A stretch of 60,796 nt of DNA from positions 1-60,796 of the IMG/VR virus record IMGVR_UViG_3300037963_000751. One strand, 5' to 3'. Positions 36,687 to 47,075 of this stretch are shown piece after piece. Positions within the stretch are counted from its first letter, which is position 1; the number at the start of each line of letters is the position of its first letter. The stretch comes from a virus (taxonomy: Duplodnaviria > Caudoviricetes). The translations under genes and the position numbers were made by a program. The notes under the pieces were generated by a model, which did no database searches, was not told the DNA's origin, and saw only the letters and a list, made by a program, of their open reading frames with translations.

Positions 36687-37386
36687 AAATGATATAACCA
36701 CTATTAAAAATATTATTATAGCAATACTTATTCTATTGCTATGTATGAGTGGTTGTGCTGTATGGAGTAACTACAAGAAGTTAAAACACTACGAGAGACA
36801 AGTTAGTAAACTAAACATTGAAGGACAGTCCTTTGATACTCTTAGAGATGAAACAGGTAAGCTACTTGCAGAACAAGAACAAATCATTTTAACTCAGAAG
36901 CAAGCGATTGACTATGGGTGGACAGCCTACAGAAAATTAAAAAAACTACAAAGCAATGTAAAAGTAAAAACTGTTACACAGCTTGATAGTATCTTTATTC
37001 CCTATACAAAAGATAGTATTGTAATTAAATATGATACAGTGTATATGGATACTACACAACATTTACATTCTATTACTGTTCCTCGTAAGTTTAGTATCTT
37101 AGATGAATACTATACTATAGGAGGTAGGGTAAAAAAAGATGGGGTGGTAGTAGATAGCTTGAAAATATTTAATACTATGAATGTAAACATAGGTCTTAAA
37201 TCTCAAGGACTATTTAAAAAACCTAAGCCTATTGTTATGGTAGATTATGACAACCCTTATGTTAGTACAATAGGATTGTCTAATATTATTGTAAAAGATG
37301 AAAAGAAATTTTATGACCGAAAGTTATTTTGGTTTGGACTTGGATTAGTGAGTGGCATAACAACTACTGCAATTATACTTAAATAA
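36673..37386 (+). CDS. Spanin-like protein (N-terminal hydrophobic/lipobox-like signal, C-terminal TM)
   Basis: IIIAILILLLCMSGC and FWFGLGLVSGITTTAIIL; start chosen at MKENK. Confidence 0.55.
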   Translation: MKENKNDITTIKNIIIAILILLLCMSGCAVWSNYKKLKHYERQVSKLNIEGQSFDTLRDETGKLLAEQEQIILTQKQAIDYGWTAYRKLKKLQSNVKVKTVTQLDSIFIPYTKDSIVIKYDTVYMDTTQHLHSITVPRKFSILDEYYTIGGRVKKDGVVVDSLKIFNTMNVNIGLKSQGLFKKPKPIVMVDYDNPYVSTIGLSNIIVKDEKKFYDRKLFWFGLGLVSGITTTAIILK

Positions 37387-37392
37387 AATAAA

Positions 37393-37956
37393 ATGCGTTC
37401 ACCTGAAAGGTTTATAGTTCGTCCTTATAATGGGAGGAGGTATGACAATATAAAAAATGTAGAAGGAGTCAATGTAATCATTGGAACTTCAGAAGAAAAC
37501 TATAAAGTTTCTAATAGAGAAGCTGAGGTAATATCTGTACCTTTAAACTATAAAGGAGAGATAGAGCCCGGAGATACTTTGCTTGTTCACCATAATGTCT
37601 TTAAGTTTTATAATGACATTAAAGGTAGAAGGAGAAGTGGTAGAAGTTTTTTTAAAGATGATTTGTTCTTTATTGAGGACGACCAATTTTTTATGTATAA
37701 AAAAAATGGTAAATGGAAGGCTTATGGAAAGAATTGTTTTATAAAACCTTTACCCAAAAAAGATACAGACATATATAAGACAGGGCAATACGAACCTTTA
37801 ATAGGAACTATTAAATATATTAATGAAGATTTAAAAAACTTTGGACTTAAAGAAGGGGATGAAGTAGGGTTTGAACCTGAGAGTGAGTATGAGTTTAGGG
37901 TAGATGGCGAAGTATTGTACAGAATGTTTACTAACAATATAACATTTTTAGTGTAA
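37393..37956 (+). CDS. Tandem GroES-like domain protein
   Basis: IEPGDTLLVHHN and LKEGDEVGF...YEFRVDGEVLYRM halves. Confidence 0.6.
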   Translation: MRSPERFIVRPYNGRRYDNIKNVEGVNVIIGTSEENYKVSNREAEVISVPLNYKGEIEPGDTLLVHHNVFKFYNDIKGRRRSGRSFFKDDLFFIEDDQFFMYKKNGKWKAYGKNCFIKPLPKKDTDIYKTGQYEPLIGTIKYINEDLKNFGLKEGDEVGFEPESEYEFRVDGEVLYRMFTNNITFLV

Positions 37957-38237
37957 TGGAATCAAGTGAACTTAAATTAAAAATAATAGCAGCAGGTAAA
38001 AAAGCTGTAAAGGAGTTAATAAAAGTTGCTCAAGAGGAAATAATAAAGCCTGACCCTGAAGATGAACTTGCTGCAGATAGATTAAAGAACGCTGCAGCTA
38101 CTAAAAAGTTAGCTATCATAGATGCGTTTGACATATTAAAACGTATAGATGAAGAGAAAGAAAGATTAGATTACGAGAGTAAAGGAACAACACGAACAGA
38201 TACAAAACAAGGATTTGCAGAAAGAAGGTCTAAATAA
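37956..38237 (+). CDS. Terminase small subunit (probable)
   Basis: Helical 93-aa ORF directly upstream of TerL. Confidence 0.6.
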   Translation: MESSELKLKIIAAGKKAVKELIKVAQEEIIKPDPEDELAADRLKNAAATKKLAIIDAFDILKRIDEEKERLDYESKGTTRTDTKQGFAERRSK

Positions 38238-40449
38238 TTTATACACTGTAGTTAAAGACTATATTCCATCTTCTCATATTAAGAAACATAATAAGAGAAA
38301 GTCATGGGCTTATGGATATAACAAAGACTTTGATGTTGTAGTTATATCTCGCACCGGACAAATAGGTGAGGTGGTTTGTATTAGTGGATTGCACATTGCT
38401 TTACCTTTAGCACCTCAACAGCTCGTTGACGAGCCATTTAATTATTGGCATAGAAAAGATTATCCTAAAGAGTTAGATAGAATAAATAGTATTTTTCAAT
38501 GGAATGAAATGCCACGAGAGTTTAAAGACAAATGGGTAGACTACATTGAAGAAGAGTTTGACCGCAGAGAAGAAGGGCATTGGTTTATAAACAAGAATAA
38601 ACCTACTTATATTACAGGTGCACACTATATGTATCTTCAATGGACTAAGATTGATGTAGGGTATCCGGATTACCGAGAAGCTAATAGAATATTCTTTATA
38701 TATTGGGAGGCGTGCAAGGCTGACAAGAGATGCTTTGGAATGATATATTTAAAGATAAGACGTTCAGGTTTTTCATTCATGGGTTCAGCAGAAGCAGTTA
38801 ATACCGCAACCATAGCGAGAGACTCAAGGGTAGGCATACTATCTAAGACAGGTTCAGATGCAAAGAAGATGTTTACTGATAAGGTCGTACCTATATCTCA
38901 ACACTTACCATTCTTTTTTAAACCCATTCAAGATGGTATGGACAGACCAAAGACTGAGCTTGCTTATAGAATACCTGCATCTAAAATAACCAAAAAGAAT
39001 ATGCATGAAGTAGGTGATGATGAGATGGAGGGATTGGATACTACAATAGATTGGAAGAACACAGATGATAACTCTTATGATGGTGAGAAGTTGTTACTAC
39101 TTGTGCATGATGAGAGTGGTAAATGGCTAAAGCCAAATGATATATTAAATAATTGGAGGGTAACCAAAACTTGTTTAAGGTTAGGTAGTAAGATAATTGG
39201 TAAGTGCATGATGGGTTCTACATCAAATGCATTAAGCAAGGGAGGAAGTAACTTTAAAAAGTTATACGAAAGTTCTAATGTAATGAAAAGAAACTCCAAT
39301 GGTATGACAAAGAGTGGCATGTATTCTTTGTTTATTCCTATGGAGTGGAACATGGAAGGATTTATAGACAGGTATGGATATCCTGTATTCAGAACACCAA
39401 GCAAAGAGGTTAGAGGAGTGGATGATGAAATGATTGACTTTGGAGCTATAGACTATTGGGAGAATGAAGTTACATCTTTAAAGGGAGACCCTGATGCATT
39501 GAATGAATTTTACAGACAATTTCCAAGAACAGAGTCTCATGCATTTAGAGATGAAAGCAACTCTTCATTGTTTAACTTAACTAAGATATATCAACAGATA
39601 GATTATAATGATTCTTTAATAACACAACATCATTTAACACGAGGTTCTTTTCATTGGCAGAACGGAGAGAAAGATACTAAGGTTGTGTTTAGTCCTGATA
39701 TACGAGGAAGATTCCTTGTTAGTTGGACACCTGAGAAAGCTTTACAAAATAGAGTTGTAGTAAAAAATGGAATTAAATATCCGGGCAATGAACACTTAGG
39801 TGCATTTGGTTGTGACTCTTATGACATCTCCGGTGTAGTAGGTGGAGGTGGTTCTAATGGTGCGTTACATGGTGTAACTAAATTCAATATGGATAATGCT
39901 CCAAGCAATGAGTTTTTTTTACAGTATATTGCACGACCCCAAACTGCAGAGATATTTTTTGAAGAAGTATTAATGGCTTGTGTTTTTTATGGTATGCCAA
40001 TACTTGCAGAGAATAATAAACCAAGATTATTATATCATTTTAAGAATAGAGGATATAGAGGATTCTCTATGAATAGACCTGATAAAGTATATAATAAACT
40101 ATCTAAGACAGAAAGGGAGTTAGGTGGTATACCTAATAGCTCTGAAGATGTGAAACAATCTCACGCTTCAGCAGTAGAGTCATACATTGAAAAGCATGTA
40201 GGGATAGATATGGAAGGAACTTATAGAGATAAGGATGACATGGGGTCTATGTTATTCACAAGAACATTAGAAGATTGGGCAAAGTTTGACATTAATAATA
40301 GAACTCGATATGATGCAACAATAAGCTCCGGCTTAGCTATAATGGCTATACAGAAGCACTTATATCAGCCTCAGAAAAAAGAGTCAAAAATAAGCGTTAA
40401 CTTTGCAAGGTATAATAACAAGGGAAGAATCAGTGAATTAATAAAATAA
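38215..40449 (+). CDS. terL: Terminase large subunit
   Basis: KIRRSGFS Walker A variant, LLVHDESGK Walker B, GCDSYD nuclease motif. Confidence 0.9.
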   Translation: MQKEGLNNLYTVVKDYIPSSHIKKHNKRKSWAYGYNKDFDVVVISRTGQIGEVVCISGLHIALPLAPQQLVDEPFNYWHRKDYPKELDRINSIFQWNEMPREFKDKWVDYIEEEFDRREEGHWFINKNKPTYITGAHYMYLQWTKIDVGYPDYREANRIFFIYWEACKADKRCFGMIYLKIRRSGFSFMGSAEAVNTATIARDSRVGILSKTGSDAKKMFTDKVVPISQHLPFFFKPIQDGMDRPKTELAYRIPASKITKKNMHEVGDDEMEGLDTTIDWKNTDDNSYDGEKLLLLVHDESGKWLKPNDILNNWRVTKTCLRLGSKIIGKCMMGSTSNALSKGGSNFKKLYESSNVMKRNSNGMTKSGMYSLFIPMEWNMEGFIDRYGYPVFRTPSKEVRGVDDEMIDFGAIDYWENEVTSLKGDPDALNEFYRQFPRTESHAFRDESNSSLFNLTKIYQQIDYNDSLITQHHLTRGSFHWQNGEKDTKVVFSPDIRGRFLVSWTPEKALQNRVVVKNGIKYPGNEHLGAFGCDSYDISGVVGGGGSNGALHGVTKFNMDNAPSNEFFLQYIARPQTAEIFFEEVLMACVFYGMPILAENNKPRLLYHFKNRGYRGFSMNRPDKVYNKLSKTERELGGIPNSSEDVKQSHASAVESYIEKHVGIDMEGTYRDKDDMGSMLFTRTLEDWAKFDINNRTRYDATISSGLAIMAIQKHLYQPQKKESKISVNFARYNNKGRISELIK
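38419..38436. repeat. Dyad motif copy CAGCTCG-TTGA-CGAGCCA inside terL
   Basis: Read directly; same orientation as the early-arm copies. Confidence 0.85.
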
Positions 40450-42884
40450 TGGAAGAGGTAAAGATAAATATAAATGACGTAGGTTTTCCAAATCAGTTTG
40501 TATCTGACGCAGAAAAGAAAACTGTTCAATATGGATTACAAATAGGACAAGCAATTCAATATGAGTGGTTTAGGAAAGCAGGTAATCAATGTAGATTTTA
40601 TAATCAATTTGCAAACTTTAATAGACTGCGATTATATGCAAGAGGGGAACAACCTATTGCTAAATACAAAAATGAATTAGCTATTGATGGTGATTTATCT
40701 TATCTAAATCTTGATTGGACTCCCGTTCCTATTATACCAAAGTTTGTAGACATTGTTGTTAACGGAATGTCCGATAGACTATTTCAAGTTCAAGCGTATG
40801 CACAGGATGCATTGTCTCAAGGCAAAAGAAGTAAATACAAAAACTTAATTCGTTCTCAAATGATAGCAAAGCCTATCTTAGAAAACATAGAACAGAATTT
40901 TAAAATAAATCCTTTTACTGTAAACAAAGATGAGCTTCCTAATACAGATGAAGAGTTGTCTTTATATATGCAGCTCAACTATAAACCTGCAATAGAGATA
41001 GCAGAGGAAGAAGCTATTAACACTTTACTTGAAGCAAACCATTACAATGACTTGCGTAAAAGATGTGACTATGACTTAATGGTATTAGGTGTAGCCATGA
41101 CTAAACATGAGTTCCTTATTGGAGATGGAGTTAAAATAAAATATGTAGACCCTGCTAATGTGGTGTATAGTTATACTGAAGACCCACACTTTAAGGATTG
41201 TTTCTATTGGGGTGAGATTAAAACTATTCCTATTAGTGAGTTAATAAAAATAGACCCTACCTTAACTAACGAAGATTTAGAAAAAATTAGTCAGTATAGT
41301 CAGAGTTGGTATAATTATTATAACACAGCACAGTTCTATGAGAACAGCATGTTCTATAAAGATACTTGTACTGTTATGTATTTTAATTACAAGACCACAA
41401 GCAAAATGGTTTACAAAAAGAAAAACCTTGATGGTGGTGGTTCACGTATAATAGAGAAAGACGATACTTTTAATCCACCTGAAGATATGATGGAGGAAGG
41501 TAACTTTGAAAAGTTAGAGAAGACTATTGATGTGTGGTATGATGGCGTAATGGTAATGGGGACTAACATAATGTTAAAGTGGGAGCTTGCTAAAAATATG
41601 GTACGACCTCAGTCAGCAACACAACACGCTTTACCTAACTATGTCGCAGTCGCACCAAGAATGTATAAAGGAGCTATTGAATCTTTAGTAAGACGAATGA
41701 TTCCATTTGCTGATTTAATTCAGATAACACATTTAAAACTACAGCAGGTATTATCACGAGTAGTTCCTGATGGAGTGTTTATAGATGCTGACGGATTAAA
41801 TGAAGTAGACTTAGGCACAGGTAATGCTTATAATCCTGAAGATGCATTAAGACTATACTTTCAAACGGGTAGTGTTATTGGTCGAAGTTATACACAAGAT
41901 GGAGACTTTAATCAAGCACGAGTTCCTATTAGAGAATTAAATTCTTCTTCCGGTGCAAATAAAATGCAGATGTTAATTCAAAACTATAACTACTATTTAA
42001 GTATGATTAGGGATGTAACAGGATTAAATGAAGCAAGAGATGCTTCTACTCCTAACCCTGACTCTTTAGTTGGATTACAAAAGCTTGCGGCATTAAATAG
42101 TAATACCGCTACACGTCATATTCTTGATGGAAGCCTATACCTAATTAAAAGTTTAGGTGAAGCACTAACTTATAGAGTAGCAGATATATTAGAGTATTCT
42201 GATTTTGCAGATGAGTTTGTAAATCAAATTGGAAAGTATAATGTATCTATCCTTCATGAAATAAAAGATTTATATATATATGACTTTGGTATATTTATTG
42301 AGGTAAGTCCTGATGAAGAACAAAAAGCTTTGCTTGAACAAAATATTCAAATGGCTTTATCTAAGAATGATATTAATCTTGAAGATGCTATTGACATTAG
42401 AGAGATTAAAAACATTAAACTTGCAACTCAATTACTAAAAGTTAAGAGAGAACAGAAGGCAGCTAAGGAGCAACAGATGGCTATGCAACAACAAGCTATG
42501 CAACAACAAGCTGCAATGCAAGCACAACAATTAAAAGACCAAGCTGATATACAAAAGATACAATTAGAAACTCAATCTAAAATTCAAATCGAGCAAGCTA
42601 AGATTGCATTTGAAGTAGAAAAGATGCAGGCGGAAGCAGCGTTAAAACGTGAGCTTATGGCTGAAGAGTTTAATTATAATATGGGTCTTCGTGATATTAG
42701 CGAGAAAGCATTGCAGGAGCGTGAAACTCAAAGAGAAGAAGCTAAGTCGGAAAGAATAACTCAGCAAAACAATCAACAATCAAAATTAATTAATCAAAGA
42801 CAAAATAATCTACCACCTCAAACCTTTGAGTCTAATGAGGATAGCTTAGATGGATTTGACTTCGCAGAGTTCAATCCAAGGTAG
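40449..42884 (+). CDS. Portal protein
   Basis: Follows terL; 811 aa, IIPKFVDIVVNG, TGLNEAR, Q-rich C-terminal barrel. Confidence 0.85.
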   Translation: MEEVKININDVGFPNQFVSDAEKKTVQYGLQIGQAIQYEWFRKAGNQCRFYNQFANFNRLRLYARGEQPIAKYKNELAIDGDLSYLNLDWTPVPIIPKFVDIVVNGMSDRLFQVQAYAQDALSQGKRSKYKNLIRSQMIAKPILENIEQNFKINPFTVNKDELPNTDEELSLYMQLNYKPAIEIAEEEAINTLLEANHYNDLRKRCDYDLMVLGVAMTKHEFLIGDGVKIKYVDPANVVYSYTEDPHFKDCFYWGEIKTIPISELIKIDPTLTNEDLEKISQYSQSWYNYYNTAQFYENSMFYKDTCTVMYFNYKTTSKMVYKKKNLDGGGSRIIEKDDTFNPPEDMMEEGNFEKLEKTIDVWYDGVMVMGTNIMLKWELAKNMVRPQSATQHALPNYVAVAPRMYKGAIESLVRRMIPFADLIQITHLKLQQVLSRVVPDGVFIDADGLNEVDLGTGNAYNPEDALRLYFQTGSVIGRSYTQDGDFNQARVPIRELNSSSGANKMQMLIQNYNYYLSMIRDVTGLNEARDASTPNPDSLVGLQKLAALNSNTATRHILDGSLYLIKSLGEALTYRVADILEYSDFADEFVNQIGKYNVSILHEIKDLYIYDFGIFIEVSPDEEQKALLEQNIQMALSKNDINLEDAIDIREIKNIKLATQLLKVKREQKAAKEQQMAMQQQAMQQQAAMQAQQLKDQADIQKIQLETQSKIQIEQAKIAFEVEKMQAEAALKRELMAEEFNYNMGLRDISEKALQERETQREEAKSERITQQNNQQSKLINQRQNNLPPQTFESNEDSLDGFDFAEFNPR

Positions 42885-42934
42885 CTAAAAAATTGTAGTA
42901 TTTTTTATGTAACTTTGTAACAAAATTAAATCAA

Positions 42935-44038
42935 ATGGAAATAAAAGTAAGAGAAATTAGTGGAGGTGAAAGTAAAAGCGTACAAGAAGTAGAAAAGGAA
43001 TTGCTTGAAAAGCATGAAGAAAAAATGCAAGCTGAAGAAGTTAATAACGATTCAGTAAATGTAACGCAAGAAACAGAGACGCAAGAAGCAGAACCAAAAC
43101 AAGAAACATCCTTAACGGATGAAGAAGTTCTTTCATATATTGGAAAAAGATACGGAAAAGATATTAACTCATTTGATGAGTTAATGCAGGAGCGTGAGAC
43201 ATCAGAAGAATTACCTGAAGATGTAGCCGCTTACTTTAAGTATAAAAAAGATACAGGTCGTGGCATGGATGATTATGTTAAGTTACAACGAGACTTTGAC
43301 TCCATGGAAGACGACACTTTGTTAGCTGAGTATTATCTAAGTACAGAAGAAGGTATAGACCGAGATGATGTAAAAGATATGATAGACGAGTATTCATATG
43401 ATGAAGACATTGATGAAGATAAGTTTATTAGGAAACAAAGACTATCAAAGAAAAAAGAAATTGCTAAAGCTCGAAAGTATTTTACTGAGCAGAAGGAGAC
43501 ATATAAACAACCACTTGAGTCAAGTTCGGTTGGGGTGTCTACAGAAACACAGGAACAACTTGATGAGTATAAGCGATACTTAGCGGATGCTAAAAACTAT
43601 GAGGAGGAGACTAAACGTAAATCAGAATGGTTTACTAAGAAAACAAATGATGTCTTTAATAATGAGTTCAAAGGTTTTGAGTTTAATATTAATGATAAAA
43701 ATTTTCAATATTCTCCCGGAGACCGAGAAGAATTAAGAAAGGCTCACTCAACTCCTATGAATTTTTATTCAAAGTTCTTGGATGACAATGGTCTTTTAAA
43801 TGACGCAGAAGGTTATCATAAGTCCTTAGCTATTGCTATGAATCCTGAAAAGTTTGCTAAGTTCTTTTATGAGCAAGGCAAGGCTGAAGCGGTTGATGAT
43901 GTAATGCGTAAACAAAAGAACGTCAGTATGACAACACGCAGAACACCTGAGACAGTCAGTAAAGATGGATTAAAAGTTCGTGCTATAAACTCGGATTCGG
44001 GTAGAGGCTTACGAATTAAAAGTATAAAACGAGGTTAA
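42935..44038 (+). CDS. Capsid scaffolding protein (probable)
   Basis: Acidic and helical; between portal and capsid; TAACTTTG box at 42910. Confidence 0.7.
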   Translation: MEIKVREISGGESKSVQEVEKELLEKHEEKMQAEEVNNDSVNVTQETETQEAEPKQETSLTDEEVLSYIGKRYGKDINSFDELMQERETSEELPEDVAAYFKYKKDTGRGMDDYVKLQRDFDSMEDDTLLAEYYLSTEEGIDRDDVKDMIDEYSYDEDIDEDKFIRKQRLSKKKEIAKARKYFTEQKETYKQPLESSSVGVSTETQEQLDEYKRYLADAKNYEEETKRKSEWFTKKTNDVFNNEFKGFEFNINDKNFQYSPGDREELRKAHSTPMNFYSKFLDDNGLLNDAEGYHKSLAIAMNPEKFAKFFYEQGKAEAVDDVMRKQKNVSMTTRRTPETVSKDGLKVRAINSDSGRGLRIKSIKRG

Positions 44039-44062
44039 ATTAAAAATTAAAAACTAAAAAAA

Positions 44063-45487
44063 ATGTCAGTACAATCAACACCGGGGTTCGATTTACAACC
44101 CTCAGCAGAGCGAGTGGCACTTGAGAGTAACTATCTTGGGGACGCAAGCTTTAATTTTATGAATCAATATCTGCCTGACACATACGAAAGAGAATTTGAA
44201 AGATACGGAAATAGAACTGTAGCTTCTTTCTTACGTATGGTAGGAGCAGAAATGCCATCTAACTCAGACCTTATCAAATGGGCAGAGCAAGGAAGGCTAC
44301 ACACAAAATACACTCAATGTGGTACAACTGCAGGAGCAGGAGATGATACAGCCACATGGCAGGTAAATGATACTTTAGTTCCGGCAGGAGGAAGTATCGC
44401 AATTAGAAAAGGTCAAACAATTTTAGTAGACTTTAATGGTGCTACTACCGCTTCTAACAAAGCAGTTGTTACATCTGTAGATTATGCAGCAGGTACATTT
44501 GACGTAGCTTACTACGAAGGTGCAGGTCAAGGAGCTGCAGGTACAGGTGCAGGTAACAGTGATGCGACAATAATGATTTACGGGTCTGAATTTGTTAAAG
44601 GTAGCGAATCTATGGAAGACTCTTTAGAAGCTAATGATGTTTTCTTTGACAACAAACCAATCATTATTAAAGATAAGTATGCAGTATCAGGTTCTGATAT
44701 GGCACAAATCGGATGGGTTGAAATCACAACTGAGAATGGAGGAACAGGATACCTATGGTATTTAAAGTCTGAGCATGAAACAAGACTACGTTTTGAAGAT
44801 TACTTGGAGACTGCAATGATTGAAACAGTTCCTGCAGAAACAGGTTCGGGAGCAATCGCAGCAGGTGTTTTAGGAAATCCATCAGGTTCAGAAGGTGTAT
44901 TCTACACAGTTAACGATAGAGGTAATGTATGGCAAGGAACAAATCCTGCTACATTAAATGCATGGGATACTATTGTACAACGTCTTGACAAACAAGGTTC
45001 TATTGAAGAGAATGCTCTTTTCTTGAATCGTCAGTTTGGGTTTGATATTGACGATATGTTAGCTCAGCAAAACTCTTATGGGACAAACGGGTCTTCTTAT
45101 GGACTGTTTGACAATGATGAAGAGATGGCTCTTAACTTAGGATTCTCAGGATTCCGAAGAGGTTATGACTTCTACAAGACTGATTGGAAATACTTAAATG
45201 ACCCAACAATGAGAGGAGGATTGACTTCTGATGTTGTTAATGGTCTTTTAGTTCCTGCAGGTTCTACATCTGTATACGACCAAATTCTTGGGAAGAATGC
45301 TAAGCGTCCTTTCTTACACGTTCGTTACAGAGCTTCTGAAACAGAAGATAGAAGATATAAGAATTGGGTTACAGGTTCCGCAGGAGGAGCAAGAACATCA
45401 GGGAAAGATGTAATGGAAGTTCACTTCCTATCTGAAAGATGTGTTTGTGTTCTTGGAGCTAACAACTTCTTTATTTTCAAATCATAA
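44063..45487 (+). CDS. Major capsid protein
   Basis: Position, size, WAEQGRLH motif, strong terminator downstream. Confidence 0.85.
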   Translation: MSVQSTPGFDLQPSAERVALESNYLGDASFNFMNQYLPDTYEREFERYGNRTVASFLRMVGAEMPSNSDLIKWAEQGRLHTKYTQCGTTAGAGDDTATWQVNDTLVPAGGSIAIRKGQTILVDFNGATTASNKAVVTSVDYAAGTFDVAYYEGAGQGAAGTGAGNSDATIMIYGSEFVKGSESMEDSLEANDVFFDNKPIIIKDKYAVSGSDMAQIGWVEITTENGGTGYLWYLKSEHETRLRFEDYLETAMIETVPAETGSGAIAAGVLGNPSGSEGVFYTVNDRGNVWQGTNPATLNAWDTIVQRLDKQGSIEENALFLNRQFGFDIDDMLAQQNSYGTNGSSYGLFDNDEEMALNLGFSGFRRGYDFYKTDWKYLNDPTMRGGLTSDVVNGLLVPAGSTSVYDQILGKNAKRPFLHVRYRASETEDRRYKNWVTGSAGGARTSGKDVMEVHFLSERCVCVLGANNFFIFKS

Positions 45488-45500
45488 CACATAATATATT

Positions 45501-45530
45501 AGGGAGGGTGAATGCCCTCCCTTTTTTTTT
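45501..45530 (+). terminator. Intrinsic terminator after the capsid gene
   Basis: AGGGAGGG/CCCTCCCT stem plus T9. Confidence 0.9.
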
Positions 45531-45548
45531 AATTTTAAATCTAATCAA

Positions 45549-46298
45549 ATGAAAACAAAACAATCACCAAAGACTCGTATCTATAGATTAACAAAAGACC
45601 GAGCACCATTATCATGGACGCTTTCAACCGGAACGTCTAAAAGAACCGCCTTATTATATTTTGACGAAGAAAAACAAGAGAATAGAGTATTAAGATACGC
45701 TTCTAATCAGAGAAGTCCGTTTGAAGATGAACAGGATGGAAACGTAGTTCTTGAGCCTATTGTATTTGAAGATGGTTTTTTAACTGTCCCTACAAATAAA
45801 CCTGTTTTACAAGAGTTTTTATATTATCATCCTAAAAACGGAATAGACTTTGAAGAAATAGATAAGGAACAAGAAGCACAAGAAGATATATCTTTCTTAG
45901 AAGAAGAAGTAAATGCATTGATAAGAGCAAAGTCATTAAGTATAGATGAGCTTGAGCAAGCGTATAGAGTTTTATTTAATGGTGACCCTGACACTGTAAC
46001 TACTGCAGAAATGAAAAGAGATATTCTTGTGTATGCAAGAAGAGAACCACATAACTTTTCTATAATTTTGGATGACCCACAATTACAATTACATAACATA
46101 GTTAGAAAAATATTTGCAGCTAACTTATTAAGTAAAAGAAATAAGGGTCGTGATGTATACTTTAATACACCATCAAATAAGAAGAGAATGCTTGTAGTTC
46201 CTTATGGAGAAGATGCCAATGATATAGTAACTTCTTACTTTCAAACTGAAGAAGGAGTGGAGTCATTGAAGATGCTCGAGAAATTATTAGAGCAATAA
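45549..46298 (+). CDS. Hypothetical protein (post-capsid)
   Basis: Long ORF. Confidence 0.75.
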   Translation: MKTKQSPKTRIYRLTKDRAPLSWTLSTGTSKRTALLYFDEEKQENRVLRYASNQRSPFEDEQDGNVVLEPIVFEDGFLTVPTNKPVLQEFLYYHPKNGIDFEEIDKEQEAQEDISFLEEEVNALIRAKSLSIDELEQAYRVLFNGDPDTVTTAEMKRDILVYARREPHNFSIILDDPQLQLHNIVRKIFAANLLSKRNKGRDVYFNTPSNKKRMLVVPYGEDANDIVTSYFQTEEGVESLKMLEKLLEQ

Positions 46299-46347
46299 AA
46301 ATTAATGACTATCTTTGTAATATTATAAACACATTTATTTTTTAACA

Positions 46348-47022
46348 ATGGCAAAATATTTTAAATTTGTATATGACGCTGATGCAGGGATATCAGAAAA
46401 TCTACTTGTAGATAATCTACAATACATACATCAAGAGGACTCTTCAAAATTAGCATTTATTCCTGCTGATTTTAATGAAGGTGGAGTGGTTAAATTAACT
46501 CTTAATCAAGAAGACCCAAGAAGGAAAATAAAAACTTATCTCGAAGAACAGTGGGAAATATTAATGAGTAGCAATCAAACTTTTGTAGAAATACCTATAA
46601 GAGAATTACCTGCTACAGAATCTGTAGAGTGTAATGATAACACTTGGGGAGAGTGGGTAGTTCAAGTAGGTTTTGACCCAACTGATTGTAATGTAATATT
46701 ATCTGCAACGATTGAGCCGGAAGGTTTAGGTGCTATTACTATTGGTTCATCATTTTCAATAGAAGGTGTTACAGGATGGTATGCTACCGCTACAGGTACA
46801 CCATGTGGTACGCAAGATATAGCGTTTATTACAGGTACGGAATGTGGAGAAGGAGGAACTCCTGTACTACTTGTACCGGGACTTGAAGAATATTTCTTTA
46901 CAGGTGTAGTCGTTTTATGTGAAGGAGAAGAGCCTGTTACATACTGCTTGATAGCTAAGAAAGTATTTAACACTGTAGGTTTTTCAGGAACATTAAGCTT
47001 CAATAAACTTACTGTATTGTAA
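46348..47022 (+). CDS. Structural/decoration-like protein with a Cys-rich region
   Basis: TATCTTTG box at 46310; leader paralogous to the next gene. Confidence 0.65.
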   Translation: MAKYFKFVYDADAGISENLLVDNLQYIHQEDSSKLAFIPADFNEGGVVKLTLNQEDPRRKIKTYLEEQWEILMSSNQTFVEIPIRELPATESVECNDNTWGEWVVQVGFDPTDCNVILSATIEPEGLGAITIGSSFSIEGVTGWYATATGTPCGTQDIAFITGTECGEGGTPVLLVPGLEEYFFTGVVVLCEGEEPVTYCLIAKKVFNTVGFSGTLSFNKLTVL

Positions 47023-47075
47023 TAATATTTTTTAAGTATCTTTGTAGTATTATTAACCCATTAAATTTTTAAACA

